Shown here in pieces: positions 11,422 through 24,480 of a DNA stretch of 64,000 nucleotides. How positions within the stretch are numbered: the stretch's first letter is position 1; the number at the start of each line of letters is the position of its first letter. This DNA comes from Chiloscyllium plagiosum (taxonomy: Eukaryota). Both the position numbers and the translations under genes were made by a program. Location: the NCBI RefSeq assembly GCF_004010195.1, contig NC_057720.1, positions 33,677,503 to 33,741,502 of the forward strand, in the 5' to 3' direction. The notes under the pieces were generated by a model, which worked only from the letters and a program-made list of their open reading frames with translations, ran no database searches and was not told where the DNA came from.

Positions 11422-14322
11422 ACGCGATGAAACAAAGGGATCGGTTAAAGTATGTCTGCTTTAATGCAAGGAGTGTCCGGAATAAGAGTGATGAACTTAG
11501 AGCATGGATCAGTACTTAGAGCATGGATCAGTACTTGGGGCTACGATGTTGTGTACAATAACGGAGACGTGGGTTTCACAAGGGCAGAGATGGTTGTTTG
11601 ATGTTCCAGGGTTTAGAATGTTTAAAAAGAACAGGGAGGGTGGAAAAAGAGGAGGGGGTGTAGCATTGTTAATCAGAGAGTGCATCGCAGCTACAGAAGG
11701 GAAGGTTGTTGAGGAAGGTTTGTCTACTGAGTCAGTATGGGTGGAAGGGAACAGCAAGGGAACAGCCATCGCATTGGGGGTTTTCTACAGACCTCCTAAT
11801 AGCAGTAGAGAGATTGAAGATCTCGTGGGCAGGCAGATTCTGAAAAAATGCAGAAGTAACAGGGTTGTTGTTATGAGTGATTTCAACTTTCCCAATATCG
11901 ACTGGAACCTCCTAAGTGCAGAAGGTTTGGATGGAGCCGTTTTTGTCAGGTGTGTTCAGGAGGGCTTCCTTACTCAGTATGTAGACAGACCGATGAGGGG
12001 AGAGGCCATTTTGGATTTGGTGCTCGGCAACGAGCGAGGATAGTTGTCAGATCTCGCGGTGGAAGAGCACATCGGTGAAAGTGATCACAACTGCCTCACA
12101 TTTAGCATAGCCTTGGTGAGTGAAAGGAGCAGTCACCGAGGGAAGATATTTAATTGGGGAAAAGGAAATTATGACGCTATCAGACAGGGGTTGGGAAGCA
12201 CAGACTGGGAGCAATTGTTCCACAGAAAGGGCACAGCAGACTTATGGAGATTATTTAAGGAGCAGTTGTTGTGAATGATGCACAAATTTGTTCCTCTGAG
12301 ACAGGTAAGAGGGGGGTAAGATTAAGGAACCTTGGATGACGAGAACAGAGGAGCTTCTCGTCAAAAGGAAGAAGGCAGCTTACGTAAGGTGGAGGAAGCA
12401 AGGCTCTTGCACAGCTTTAGAGGATTACAGGCTTGCTAGAAAGGAGCTCAGAAATGGACTGAGGAGAGCCAGGAGGGGGCACAAAAAAGGTTTAGCAGGA
12501 AGGATTAGGGAGAACTCAAAGGCATTTTACTCATACGTGAGGAATAAGAGAATGATCAGGGAGAAGGTAGGGCCGTTCAGGGATAGCGGAGGGAACTTGT
12601 GTGTGGGGTCTGAGCAGAAAGGGGAAGCCCTAAGTGAGTTTTTTGCTTTGGTTTTCACCAAGGAAAGGGAATTTGTTGTAAATGAAAACTTAGAGAAGCT
12701 GGGATACAGTCTTGACCAGATGAAGATTAATGAAGATCATGTGCTAGAAATTTTGGAAAACATTAAGATTGATAAGTCCCCAGGGCCAGACCAGATTTAT
12801 CCGAGGCTGCTCCGGGAAGTGAGAAAGGAGGTTGCTAAGCCGCTGGTGAGAATATTTGCCTCCTCACTCTCCACGGGAGTCATACCGGAGGATTGGAAGG
12901 AGGCAAATGTTATTCCACTTTTCAAGAAGGGTAATGAGGAAATCCCTAGCAATTACAGACCAGTCAGTCTCACATCTGTGGTCAGCAACGTTGTGGAAAG
13001 AATTCTGAGGGATAGGATTTATGACTATTTGATAAAGCATAATGTGATTAAAGGCAGTCAGAGTGGCTTTGTGAGGGGCAGGTCATGCCTCACAAATCTT
13101 ATTGAGTTCTTTGAGGAGGTGTCAAGACAGGTCGACGACGGTCGAACAGTGGATGTGGTGTATATGGAGTTCAGCGCATTTGATAGGGTTCCCCAATTAG
13201 GCTCATTCATAAAGTCAGGAAGTATGGGATAGGGGGAGATTTGTCTACCTGAATTCAGAATTGGCTGGCTGACAGAAAGTGGTTGTAGATGGAAAATATT
13301 CTTCCTGGAGGACAGTATTGAGTGGGGTCCCACAGGGCTCTGTTCTTGGGCCCCTGCTCTTTGTAGTTTTTATAAATGACTTGGATGAGGAAGTTGAAGG
13401 GTGGGTTAGTAAATTTGCAGATGACACGAAGGTTGGAGGTGCTGTCGATAGTAGAGAGGGCTACTGCAGGCTGTAGCACGAAATAGACAGGATGCAGAGC
13501 TGGACTGAGAAATGGCAGATGGAGTTCAACCTGGATAAATGCAAAGTGATGCACTTTGGAAGGTCGAACTCGAATGCTGAATATAGGATTAAAGACAGGA
13601 TTCTTGGCAGTGTGGAGGAACAGAGGGATCTGGGTGTGCAAGTACATAGATCCCTCACAGTTGGCACCCAAGTGGATAGGGTTGTTAAGAAAGCATATGG
13701 TGTTTTGGCTTTCATTAACAAGGGTATCGAGTTTAAGAGCCATGAGTTTTTGCTGCAACTCTGCAAGTCCCTGGTGAGACCAAACTTGGCATATTGTGTC
13801 CAGTTCTGGTTGCCCTACTATTGGAAAGATGTGGAGGCTTTGGAGAGGGTGCAAAGAAGGTTTACCAGGATGCTGCCTGGAGGACTTGCCTTATGAAGGA
13901 AAGTTGAATAAGCTCAGACTTTTCTCTCTGGAGAGAAGGAGGAAGAGAGGAGACCTGATCGAGGTGTACAAAATAATGAGAGGAATAGATAGAGCCAATA
14001 GCAAGAGACTTTTCCCCAGGGCAGGATTGACTGGTACAAGAAGTCATAATTTAAAGATATTAGGAGGAAGGTATAACGGAGACGTCAGAGGTAGGTTCTT
14101 TACACAGAGAGTTGTGAATGCATGGAATGCGTTGCCAGTTGAGGTGGTGGAAGTGAAGTCATCGGGGACATTTAAGCGACTGCTGGACATGCGCATGGAT
14201 AGCAGTGAGTTGAGGGGTGCGTAGGTTAAGTTACTATCTTTTACATTAGGATTAAGTCTCGGCACAACATTGTGAGCCTAAGGGCCTGTTCTGTGCTGTA
14301 CATTTCTATGTTCTATGTTCTA
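11422..14322 (+). mobile_element. CR1 LINE with nearly complete but disrupted ORF2 (APE endonuclease + RT)
   Basis: ITETW, GGGVALLI, VFYRPP, DFNFP, LDLVL, SDHN (APE); [45 protein letters not shown] (RT); several stops/frameshifts; (ttctatg)n tail. Confidence 0.97.
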
Positions 14323-15280
14323 CCATCAGAACAGATTAAATAAACATAGTGAAACTGGGAGAATGCAGTGGAATCTTGCAGGAAGCATGATGTAAGAAAG
14401 GTTGTCAGGGTAGTAGTGGGCGTTAGTGGGTTCATAGCGAATATTGTTGGACAACCTTTCCCAGAAATGGAAATTGGGGAAGGGAAGGGTTGGGAAGAGA
14501 CCGAGATTGACCAGTTAAAAATGAAGGCAGAATGGAAATTACAAATAAAACCGATTAACTTTTCCAATTCCGGATGAGAAAGAAATAACACCAAAGACAT
14601 AATTGATGTATTTAAGAAAGCATTTCTTTCAATCTGCTGTACTGTATTCACTGTTCACAAATTTGGTCTCCTCTACCTGGTGAGACCAAATGCAGACTGG
14701 GTAACCACTTTATGGAACACCTCAGGTCCATTCGCAAGAATGACACTGAATGTTTTGTTGTTTCAGTAACCATCTTGCTACAGGTTAACATTTCTGACTG
14801 GGGCTGGCTCCAGTGTCCCAGCAGCGCCCAATCTGGAGGAACAGCACCTAATTTTCCACCTTACAGTCTTCAGGCCTCAACACTGAATTGAATTGCTTCA
14901 GACATGAAGAATGTCCTCCATTTTCATTATCCCCAGGTGTCCTGTTTGGGTTTTCTCTCCTCAAAGCTGACATTTTCTACTATTCACACTTAGTATTGCC
15001 ACCAGTTTTGCACTTATACCCCTCCTCTGCCACCATTAACACTCTCTCTTGACTTTTACTCTGGGCACTGTCACCAACTGTTCTACTCACTCCTCCCGAC
15101 CTTTGTCAACAGCCCTCAAGCCTTCACATTCCAGCTCCCCACCGTTCCAGACAAGAGTCACATCAGACCTACACGTTAACTCGGTTTGTGTCTCCACAGA
15201 AGCTGCCCGATCTACTGGGTTTCTCCAGCAATTTCTGTTTTTATTTCCATTTTCCAACATCTGCAGTCATTTGCTTTAAT
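14323..15280. mobile_element. Old Neptune-type PLE: minus-strand part (14323-14600) joined to plus-strand GIY-YIG end and terminal repeat (about 14625-15280)
   Basis: Plus part decodes to decayed NLLYCIHCS...LLY.GETKCRLGNHFMEHL and LEEQHLIF; ends in PLE terminus (ctccagcaatttctg...catctgcagt). Confidence 0.7.
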
Positions 15281-15589
15281 TGAAGCTGATACTGGCAGCA
15301 TAACCATCTTCTGTGCTGCGAATTTCTATGACGTTCTGCTTCTAGATACGTAACGCAGCTACTTAATGAAAGGCACCATTTATTTAAATTAAAATTGCAG
15401 CAGTTCAGAATTTTTTGACTTGGTTTAATCCATTTGTTCTGATGAATTGTGAGGATTAAAGGAATTTTGTTGCAGTTAATAAGTCAGTGGTGAGTGAAGA
15501 TTAGTTTAACGTGGATGTTGCAGCAACAGTTTTAATCATTCTGTTCTTTCACATCATAACAACAGTCAGCCTAATTGCTTCAATAAGTT

Positions 15590-15885
15590 GGGGTGGTACG
15601 GTGGCTCAGTGCTTGGTACTGCTACCTCATAGCACCAGGGACCTGGGTTCAATATCACCCTTGACCGACTATGTAGAGTTAGTACGTTCTCTCCATGTCA
15701 GCATGGGGTGCAAATTAGGTGGATTGGCCAAGCTAAATTGTCCGTACTGCCCAGGGATGTGCAAACCAGGTGGACTCACCATGGGGAATGATCAAGGGGT
15801 AGGTCTACGTGGGATACTCTTTGGAGGATCGGTGTGGACTCGATGGGCTGAGTGACCAACTTCCAAACTCTAGTAATTCCATGTA
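15590..15885 (+). mobile_element. Diverged HE1-like SINE
   Basis: ggtggctcagtg...ctgggttcaat head; partial V-domain; ggtgtggactcgatgggctga tail. Confidence 0.75.
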
Positions 15886-16084
15886 CTAACTTCATCAGCA
15901 CTTGCTGTCTCAACAAAATATTCTTGGAAAATGTCACCTGGGACAAATATAATGAGATGCTGTAATTCCTGATGATTTCCTAATGCTGACAATAGCTCAG
16001 TAAAGATATCATATGGTATAATTAAAAATCACTGATACTTTAAAGGAAATGAAGTCTTTTTAATCTATGCCCTGCATTCACATC

Positions 16085-18933
16085 TGCTTGGGAAGATTTA
16101 AACTAGTCAGGTGGGGGGTGGGACCCAGGGAGATAGCGAGGAAAGAGATTGATCTGAAACTGGTACAGCTGAGAACACAAGTGAATCAAACAGTCAGGGC
16201 AGGCAGGGACAAGGTAAGACTAGTAAATTAAACTGCATTTATTTCAATGCAAGGGGTCTGGCAGGGAAGGCAGATGAACTCAGGGCATGGTTAGGAACAT
16301 GGGACTGGGATATCATAGCAATTACAGAAACATGGCTCAGGGATGGGCAGCTTAATGTTCCAGGATACAAATGCTACAGGAGGATAGAAAGGGAGGCAAA
16401 AGAGGAGGGGGAGTGGCATTTTTGATAAGGGAAAGCATTACAGCTGGGCTGAGGGAGGATATTCCCGGAAATACATCCAAGGAAGTTATTTGGGTGGAAC
16501 TGAGAAATAAGAAAGGGATGTTCACCTTATTGGGATTGTATTATAGACCCCCCCCAGTAGTCAGAGGGAAATTGAGAAACAAAGTTGTAAGGAGATCTCA
16601 GCTATCTGTAAGAATAATAGGACAGTTATGGTAGGGGATTTTAACTTTCCAAACATCGAGTGGGACTGCCATAGTGTTAAAGGTTTAGATGGAGAGGAAT
16701 TTCTTAAATGTGTACAAGACAATTTTCTGATTCAGTATGTGGATGTACCTACTAGAAAAGGTGCAAACCTTGACCTACTCTTGGGGAACTAAGGCAGGGC
16801 AGGTGACTGAGGTGTCAGTGGCGGAGCACTTTGGGACCAGCAACCATAATTCTATTTGTTTTAAATTAGTGATGGAAAAGGATAGACCAGATCTAAAAGT
16901 TGAAGTTCTAAATTGGAGAAAGGCCAATTTTGACAGTATTAGGCAAGAACTTTCAAAAGCTGATTGAGGGCAGATGTTCGCAGGTAAAGGGACGGCTGGA
17001 AAATGGGAAGCCTTCAGAAATGAGATAACAAGAATCCAGAGAAAGTATATTCCTGTCAGGGTGAAAGGGAAGGCTGGTAGGTATAGGGAATGATGGATGA
17101 CTAAAGAAATTGAGGGCTTGGTTAAGAAAAAGAAGGANNNNNNNNNNNNNNNNNNNNNNNNNNNNNNNNNNNNNNNNNNNNNNNNNNNNNNNNNNNNNNN
17201 NNNNNNNNNNNNNNNNNNNNNNNNNNNNNNNNNNNNNNNNNNNNNNNNNNNNNNNNNNNNNNNNNNNNNNNNNNNNNNNNNNNNNNNNNNNNNNNNNNNN
17301 NNNNNNNNNNNNNNNNNNNNNNNNNNNNNNNNNNNNNNNNNNNNNNNNNNNNNNNNNNNNNNNNNNNNNNNNNNNNNNNNNNNNNNNNNNNNNNNNNNNN
17401 NNNNNNNNNNNNNNNNNNNNNNNNNNNNNNNNNNNNNNNNNNNNNNNNNNNNNNNNNNNNNNNNNNNNNNNNNNNNNNNNNNNNNNNNNNNNNNNNNNNN
17501 NNNNNNNNNNNNNNNNNNNNNNNNNNNNNNNNNNNNNNNNNNNNNNNNNNNNNNNNNNNNNNNNNNNNNNNNNNNNNNNNNNNNNNNNNNNNNNNNNNNN
17601 NNNNNNNNNNNNNNNNNNNNNNNNNNNNNNNNNNNNNNNNNNNNNNNNNNNNNNNNNNNNNNNNNNNNNNNNNNNNNNNNNNNNNNNNNNNNNNNNNNNN
17701 NNNNNNNNNNNNNNNNNNNNNNNNNNNNNNNNNNNNNNNNNNNNNNNNNNNNNNNNNNNNNNNNNNNNNNNNNNNNNNNNNNNNNNNNNNNNNNNNNNNN
17801 NNNNNNNNNNNNNNNNNNNNNNNNNNNNNNNNNNNNNNNNNNNNNNNNNNNNNNNNNNNNNNNNNNNNNNNNNNNNNNNNNNNNNNNNNNNNNNNNNNNN
17901 NNNNNNNNNNNNNNNNNNNNNNNNNNNNNNNNNNNNNNNNNNNNNNNNNNNNNNNNNNNNNNNNNNNNNNNNNNNNNNNNNNNNNNNNNNNNNNNNNNNN
18001 NNNNNNNNNNNNNNNNNNNNNNNNNNNNNNNNNNNNNNNNNNNNNNNNNNNNNNNNNNNNNNNNNNNNNNNNNNNNNNNNNNNNNTCTGGACCAAATGGG
18101 CCAATGAGCTGAGAAGTGGCAGATGGAGTTTAATTCAGATAAATGTGAGGTGCTGCATTTTGGGAAAGCAAATCTTAGCAGGATTTATACACTCAATGGT
18201 AAAGTCCTAGGGAGTGTTGCTGAACAAAGAGACCTTGGTGTGCAGGTTCATTGCTCATTGAAAGGGGAGTCGCAGGTAGAAGAAGTGAAGAAGGCATTTG
18301 GTATGCTTTCCTTTATAGGTCAGAGTATTGAGTAGAGGGGTTGGGAGGTCATGTTGTGGCTGTACAGGACATTGGTTAGGCCACTGTTGGAATATTGCAT
18401 GCAATTCTGGTGTCCTTCCTATCGGAAAGATGTTGTGAAACTTGAAAGGGTTCAGAAAAGATTTACAAGGATGTTGCCAGGGTTGGAGGATCTGAGCTAC
18501 AGGGAGAGGCTGAACAGGCTGGGTCTGTTTCCCTGGAGATTCAGAGGCTGAGGGGTCACCTTATAGAAGTTTACAAAATTATGAGTGTCATGGATAGGAT
18601 AAATAGGCAAAGTCTTTTCCCTGGGGTCGGGGAGTCCACAACTGGAGGGCATAGGTTTAGGGTGAGAGGGGAAAGATATCAAAGAGATCAAAGGGGCAAT
18701 GTTTTCATGCAGAGAGTGGTACGTGTATGGAATGAGCTGCCTGAGGATGTGGTAGAGGCTGGTATAATTGCAACATTTAATAGACATTTGGATGGGTATA
18801 TGAATAGGAAGGGTTTGGAGGAATATGGGCCAGGTGCTGGCAGGTGGGACTAGATTGGGTTGGAATATCTGGTCGCCAGGTACGGGTTGGACCGAAGGGT
18901 CTGTTTCCATGCTGTACATCTCTATGACTCTAA
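16085..18933 (+). mobile_element. Young CR1 LINE (family A), ORF2 region, spans N gap 17138-18085
   Basis: APE motifs (ITETW, GGGVAFLI, YYRPP), WQMEFNSDKC, C-terminal motifs, ctatgactcta tail. Confidence 0.95.
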
Positions 18934-19419
18934 GTCATCCCATAGAACTCCGCAGCTGATTAATCATGTTTGAAGTGCAGTCACCTTTCTAAGTAGGACA
19001 TAGCAGTTTCCCATGAGTATTGTTTTGGTGGTGATTATGGAGAAGTGCTTGCCAGGACATTCAGTCGACTCTCGCTTTTTTTTTGAAATCATGCTGCGGG
19101 ATTGTTTACATTTACACAAAATCGATGCAGAAGCCCAGCTCCGCAAGCCTATCCATGCCATAATGTTCAAAATATTGTGACAAATAAAGATCCAGCTACC
19201 AGCTCTATTTGTTGATACATTGTGAGTTTTGTATTTTACAGACATAGTGGAGCATGTTGGAGAGAGTAATTGAAATTAAAGTTTAGATTATGTAGTAACA
19301 TTCAGCTCAGGGATAAATAGAGAATAGCTGAACATATTATGATTTTGTTTGCACTTGTTGGCTGAGGAATTGGATAACAGAATTTATATTGTAAATATTT
19401 AATTATAATAATAATGGAG

Positions 19420-21365
19420 ATGAGCTGCTGACACCCATCACCTTCAAAGGCAACCTGCTATAGGCCAACAATTGAATACAGCCCTGTGACTGAGTGGATG
19501 GTGCCTTCCTCATGTATGCTCCTGCAAGAGCATCACAACTTTTACAGCAGGGTCCTGGAACTAACTGGATCATTTTATGCTTAAATTGGTCTAGCAATGC
19601 TTTCAGTTGGCAGTCAAGGGTGTCTAAAAACAGCAGGGATCTATATGCCAGCTGTTATGCTGCAGCTGTGATTAGATGCATAACTTAATGTGTAGAAGCT
19701 ACAATACTGGCATCTACTCAACAATGTGAAAAATTGCCTGGCTATGTTCGGTACACACAAGGCAGGACAGAACCAACCTGGCCAGTTACCATCCCATTAG
19801 TCTACTCTTAATCGTCAGTAAAGTGACAACAGTGCTATCAAGCAGTACAGGTGCACAATCCTTTGTCTGAAATGCTTGGGACCAGTTGATTTTCGGAATT
19901 TAGAATTTTTCGAAAATCAGAATAAGTGATAGTTTGATGGTGAACTCTTTTGAAAGAGAAAGCAAACTCACTCAGTGGGCCTTGAAAGAGAATTGGGCCT
20001 ACCATTGCTGCCCCCCCAACATAGCATCTGAATGACACATATCGAGTGGGTTTCAATTAAAGGGTTGTCTACTTGTACCTGCTCAACAATAATCTGCTCA
20101 GTGATACCCAGTTTGCATTCTGCCAAGACTACTCAACTCCTGACCTCATTACAGTCCTGGCTCAAACACGGACAAAAGAGCTGAACTTCAGAGGTGAGGT
20201 GAGAGTGGCAGCCCTTGATATCAAGGCTGCATTTGACTGAGTGTGGCATCAAGGACCCTACCAAAGCTAGAATAAATAGGTATCAGGAGGCAAACTCTCC
20301 ACTCATTGGATTCATAGCTGGCACGCAGGAAGGTGGTTGTGGCTGTTGGAGGTCAGTCATCTCAGCTCCAGGGCATCTCTACAGGAGTTCCTCAGGGTAG
20401 TGCCCTTGGCCCAATCATCTTCAGCTGCTTTATCAATGACCTTCCCTCTATCAAAAAGGAAGAAATGAGGATATTCACCAATGATTGTATGATGTTCAGC
20501 ACCATTCGTGACTCCTCAGATACTGAAACGGTCTATGTTCAAATGTAACAAGATCTGGACATTATCCTGGCTTGGGCTTACAAGTGGCAAGTAACATTGG
20601 CACCGCAAAATGACCATCTCCAATAAGAATCAATCTAACCACCACCCCGTGACATTCAATGGCGTTACCATCGCTGAATCCCCGACTATCAACATTCTGG
20701 GGATTACTTTTGACCAGAAACTCAACCATACTCACCATACAAACACTGGCTACAAGAGATGGTCAGGGGTTAGGAATACTGTCATGAATAAGTCACTTCC
20801 TGACTCCTGGAAGCCTGACCACCACCTACAAAGCACAAGATGGAATGCTTCTACCTGCAGTTTCAACAACACTAAGATACTTAATACCAATCCTGGACAA
20901 AGCAGTCAACTTGATTGACTCAACATCCACAAGCATCCACTCCCTCTACCACTGACGTCCAATAGCAGCAGTGTATGCTATCTACAAGATGCACTGCAGA
21001 AATTCACTAAAGATCCTTAGCATCTCCCAAATCCACAACCACTTCCATCTAGAACAACAAAGCAGGTACATGGGAACACCATTACCTGCAAGTTCCCATC
21101 CAAACTGCTCACTGTTCTGATTTGGAAATGTATTGTCGTTTCTTCCCTGTTGCTGGGTCACAGTCCTGGAACTCCCTCCCTAATAGCATTCTGGGTCAGA
21201 CTGCAGCATGTGGAGTACAGCAATTCCAGAAAACAGCTCACCATCACCTTCTCAAGGGCAGTTAGGGACAGGGAATAAATGCTGGCCTACCTTTTCAAGG
21301 GTAACTAGGGACAGGGATTAACTGCCAGCTTATCTAACGATATCCACATCCAGGAAGTGAATTTT
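19420..21365 (+). mobile_element. CR1-clade LINE (family B), RT and 3' UTR, decayed
   Basis: GVPQGSALGPIIFSCFINDLP; 3' end caccttctcaagggcagttagggac...aataaatgctggcc; interrupted by MITE at 19848-20075. Confidence 0.88.
19848..20075. mobile_element. Tc1/mariner (Tigger/pogo-like) MITE
   Basis: TA on both sides (19846-47, 20076-77); imperfect 25-bp TIRs (18/25 by eye); removing it restores the LINE sequence atcaagcagtacctgctc. Confidence 0.75.
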
Positions 21366-21375
21366 TAACATACTC

Positions 21376-21692
21376 GGTGGCACGGTGGCTCAGTGGTTAG
21401 CACTGCAGCCTCAGAGTGCCAGGAACCAAGGTTCGATACCTGCCTCGGGCGACTGTCTGTGTGGAGTTTGCACGTTCTCTCCGTGTCTGTGTGGGATTCC
21501 TCCGGGTGCTGCGGTTTCCTCCCACAATCAAAAGATGTGCAGGTCAGGTGAATTGGCTATGCTAACTTGCCCATAGTATTGTGTGCATTAGTCAGATGGA
21601 AATTGGTCTGGGTGGGTTACTCTACGGAGGGTCTGTGTGGAGTTGTTGAGCCGAAGGGCCTATTTCCACACTCTAGGGAATCTAATCTAATC
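21376..21692 (+). mobile_element. HE1-type V-SINE
   Basis: tRNA-like head, V-domain, gccgaagggcct tail with (taatc)n. Confidence 0.9.
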
Positions 21693-22309
21693 GTGCCAGG
21701 TTTATACCTGAGACACAGCTATGATGTGTACACATGTATAGCACACGATGTTTGGGCTGAACCTTTCCAAGCATTATCAGCAGGACCAGCCAGTTAGAAT
21801 CTACTTCAAGCAGCCAAGGTTTACAGTTTCTTTTCAAAAATTGGATTCTATTTTTGGAAAATAGACATTTCACGTATTGGTCACTTGGTAAATACGGCCT
21901 TTTTTTCTTAGTGAGAATGCTGTGCTTCTTTTAAGAATGTGGTATTAAACTGATTTCCAAACCAGGAATTCTGATGCAAAAACACTTCACCTCCCCCCAC
22001 CCCAACCCTTCACACTTCCATATTTTCACCGCTATTTTTTAACCTGTTTTAACGTTTCACATGAACCAACTCTGCATCAATATGCATGAATTTGTGAAGA
22101 ATTTCACACCCTCTCCCTTGTGTAGAATCCAGTGCTGAATTTCTCATGATTCTTCATGAATTTCTGTCACTCATTTTGATGTCACTTAATTTGGCATTTG
22201 TAAGAATTAATTAAAGTCCATTTAAATGTGTCTTTAATGTATATTTTGTTGATTCTGATATTTTCATGATGTTTACAGATCAGCCAATGCCTTGATTTGA
22301 ATAAAACCC

Positions 22310-22434
22310 AAAAGAACTCTCGATGCTGTAAATCAGAAGCAAAAACTGAAATTGCTGGAAAAACTCAGCAGGTCTGGCAGCATCTGTGGAGAGAAATCAG
22401 AGTTAACATTTTGGGTTGAGTGGTCCTTCTTCAG
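22310..22434 (-). mobile_element. PLE terminal fragment with decayed hammerhead motif
   Basis: Reverse complement ctgaagaaggaccactcaacccaaaatgttaactctg...gatgctgccagacctgctgag. Confidence 0.65.
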
Positions 22435-22680
22435 GTGACTGACTGTGTGGAGTTTGCACATTCTTCCCATGTCTGCGTGGGTTTCTTCTGGGTGCTCCGG
22501 TTTCCTCCCACATTCCAAAAATGTGCAGGTCAGGTGAATTGGCCATGCTAAATTGCCCGTGGTGTTAGGTGAAGGGGTAAACGTAGGGGAATGGGTCTGG
22601 GTGGATGCGCTTCAGTGGGTCGGTGTGGACTTGTTGGGCTGAAGGGCCTCTTTCCACACTATAAGTAATCTAATCTAATG
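22435..22680 (+). mobile_element. 5'-truncated HE1 SINE
   Basis: V-domain and tail near-identical to 6130-6360. Confidence 0.9.
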
Positions 22681-23955
22681 TAATAACTGATGATAACTAG
22701 GGGAAAAAAAAACTCCTGGTTCACCACAAATAGTCTCCACTATTAACTTTTCACTGTTCTAGCTGGATGGTTATTCATTCCTTTCTCCAACTGTCCTTCT
22801 CTCACTTTGGGCTCTTTCATTTACGATTTACCACCACACTCTTTCCCCCCCTCCCCACCCCCCATCTTCTGCATAAAAAACAACATTTCCCTTAATTTGA
22901 TTATTTGCACTGGATAGAAGGAAAGGAACTGCAAATGCTGGCAAACCAAGATTGAAAACACAGTGACAAGACCACCAGTACTTTTAAGGAGGAAAGACAA
23001 ACTAGTGTATTGCATATAGACTTTAGGGAGAATTGATAGTTGGAAGATAATAGGTAATGTTATGGTACTGAACTGGAAACATGCAAGATAGGTGGCTAGG
23101 AGGAGTGAAGAGATGTGGGGAGAAGGACAGGTATCATCCAACAGTAGAAACAAGAGCAATGTTGGAGAGTACATCAGTTCCTGAGGAGTTACTGCTGGTC
23201 TCAGAATCTGATTTTTTTTCCTAAATTAGTTTAATAAATTCCCAGAAATTGAGTTTTCCTCAAATTTTTTCCATCCCAAGGATATGATGGTTTCTTTACC
23301 TGTGAATATTTATGAAGAAAGCTCAGTGTTGGTGAAAATTGTCTTCTTAGTGCCTACCAGTGATGTCACTTGTGCACACCATGAAAGCTTCTGGGTAATG
23401 GCTGCCCATTTGTCATCCCTCATTAATGTTAGTTAAAATACAAATACTAGATCTTTTCTATTTTTTAAGCTGTTCTTATTTCTCTGATGGAAATTGTCTA
23501 AAGCTTTGACAGTTGTTTCAATATTAAGAATATTCTAAATTTTTTAAATCAGAATTTCTGAACAGAGCTTGAAAAAATTTCCAGATAGCTGCTAATGCTC
23601 TGTAATGTGTGATTTTGGGATTTGGCAGTTTGATGGATGATTGTTTTCTGAAGCAATGCTTCTTGGGAAGTTGCCAGTTCATGAGACATGTCCATAAAAT
23701 GTTAAATTTTGAATTCACCCAATATTTTCCATTCCCCAGGCAATTTGTCAGGAATTAAATATTTAGGAGGTCCAGTTATAGATACATATTTTTCTGTTCC
23801 GGTTTCACTTTTTTGTGTATATTGAATTAATCATTTCTGATAAAGACATGTTAATTGCCTACTTAATGTGGTGGGTGTTATACAAGTTCTGGGAAAGATT
23901 CAGGTCTTAATTATATATTAATTGTGTTAAATTGTATAGTAAGCATTTACTGGGG

Positions 23956-24306
23956 TTCAAAGTTTGTGAGAAGATTTGTAGCTCGGGTGCTCGTTGCTGT
24001 GGTTCTGTTCGCCGAGCTGGAAGTTTTTGTTGCAAACGTTTCGTCCCCTGTCTAGGTGACATCCTCAGTGCTTGGGAGCCTCCTGTGAAGCGCTTCTGTG
24101 GTGTTTCCTCAGGCATTTATAGTGGCCTGTCCCTGCCGCTTGTCAGTTTCAGCTGTCAGTTCCGGTTGTCAGTTTCAGCTGTCCGCTGTAGTGGCCGGTA
24201 TATTGGGTCCAGGTCGATGTGTTTGTTGATGGAGTTTGTGGATGAGTGCCATGCTTCTAGGAATTCCCTGGCTGTTCTTTGTTTGGCTTGCCCTATAATG
24301 GTAGTG
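23956..24306 (-). mobile_element. Young 5'-truncated Poseidon-type PLE (GIY-YIG C-terminus and terminal repeat)
   Basis: Minus-strand TTIIGQAKQRTAREFLEAWHSSTNSINKHIDLDPIY; 10-bp TSD tttactgggg at 23946-23955 and 24307-24316. Confidence 0.88.
24032..24071 (-). ncRNA. Minimal type I hammerhead ribozyme motif
   Basis: GCA-CUGAGGA-U-GUCACCU/AGAC/AGGGGAC-GAAA-C-GUU-UGC: stem I GCA/UGC, stem II with one mismatch, palindromic ACGU stem III. Confidence 0.8.
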
Positions 24307-24384
24307 TTTACTGGGGATTTACTACTCCAGAAAAATGATGGAATGAAACTGTGACTGTTAGATTTGGGGCTCCTTGCTACAGAG

Positions 24385-24480
24385 TTAGATTAGATTAGAT
24401 TCCCTACAGTGTGGAAGCAGGCCCTTTGACCCAACCAGTCCACACCGACCCTCTGAAGAGTAAGCCACGTGGACCCATTT
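24385..24480 (-). mobile_element. HE1 SINE 3' fragment
   Basis: (ttaga)n followed by tacagtgtggaagcaggccc...ccacaccgaccc. Confidence 0.8.
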
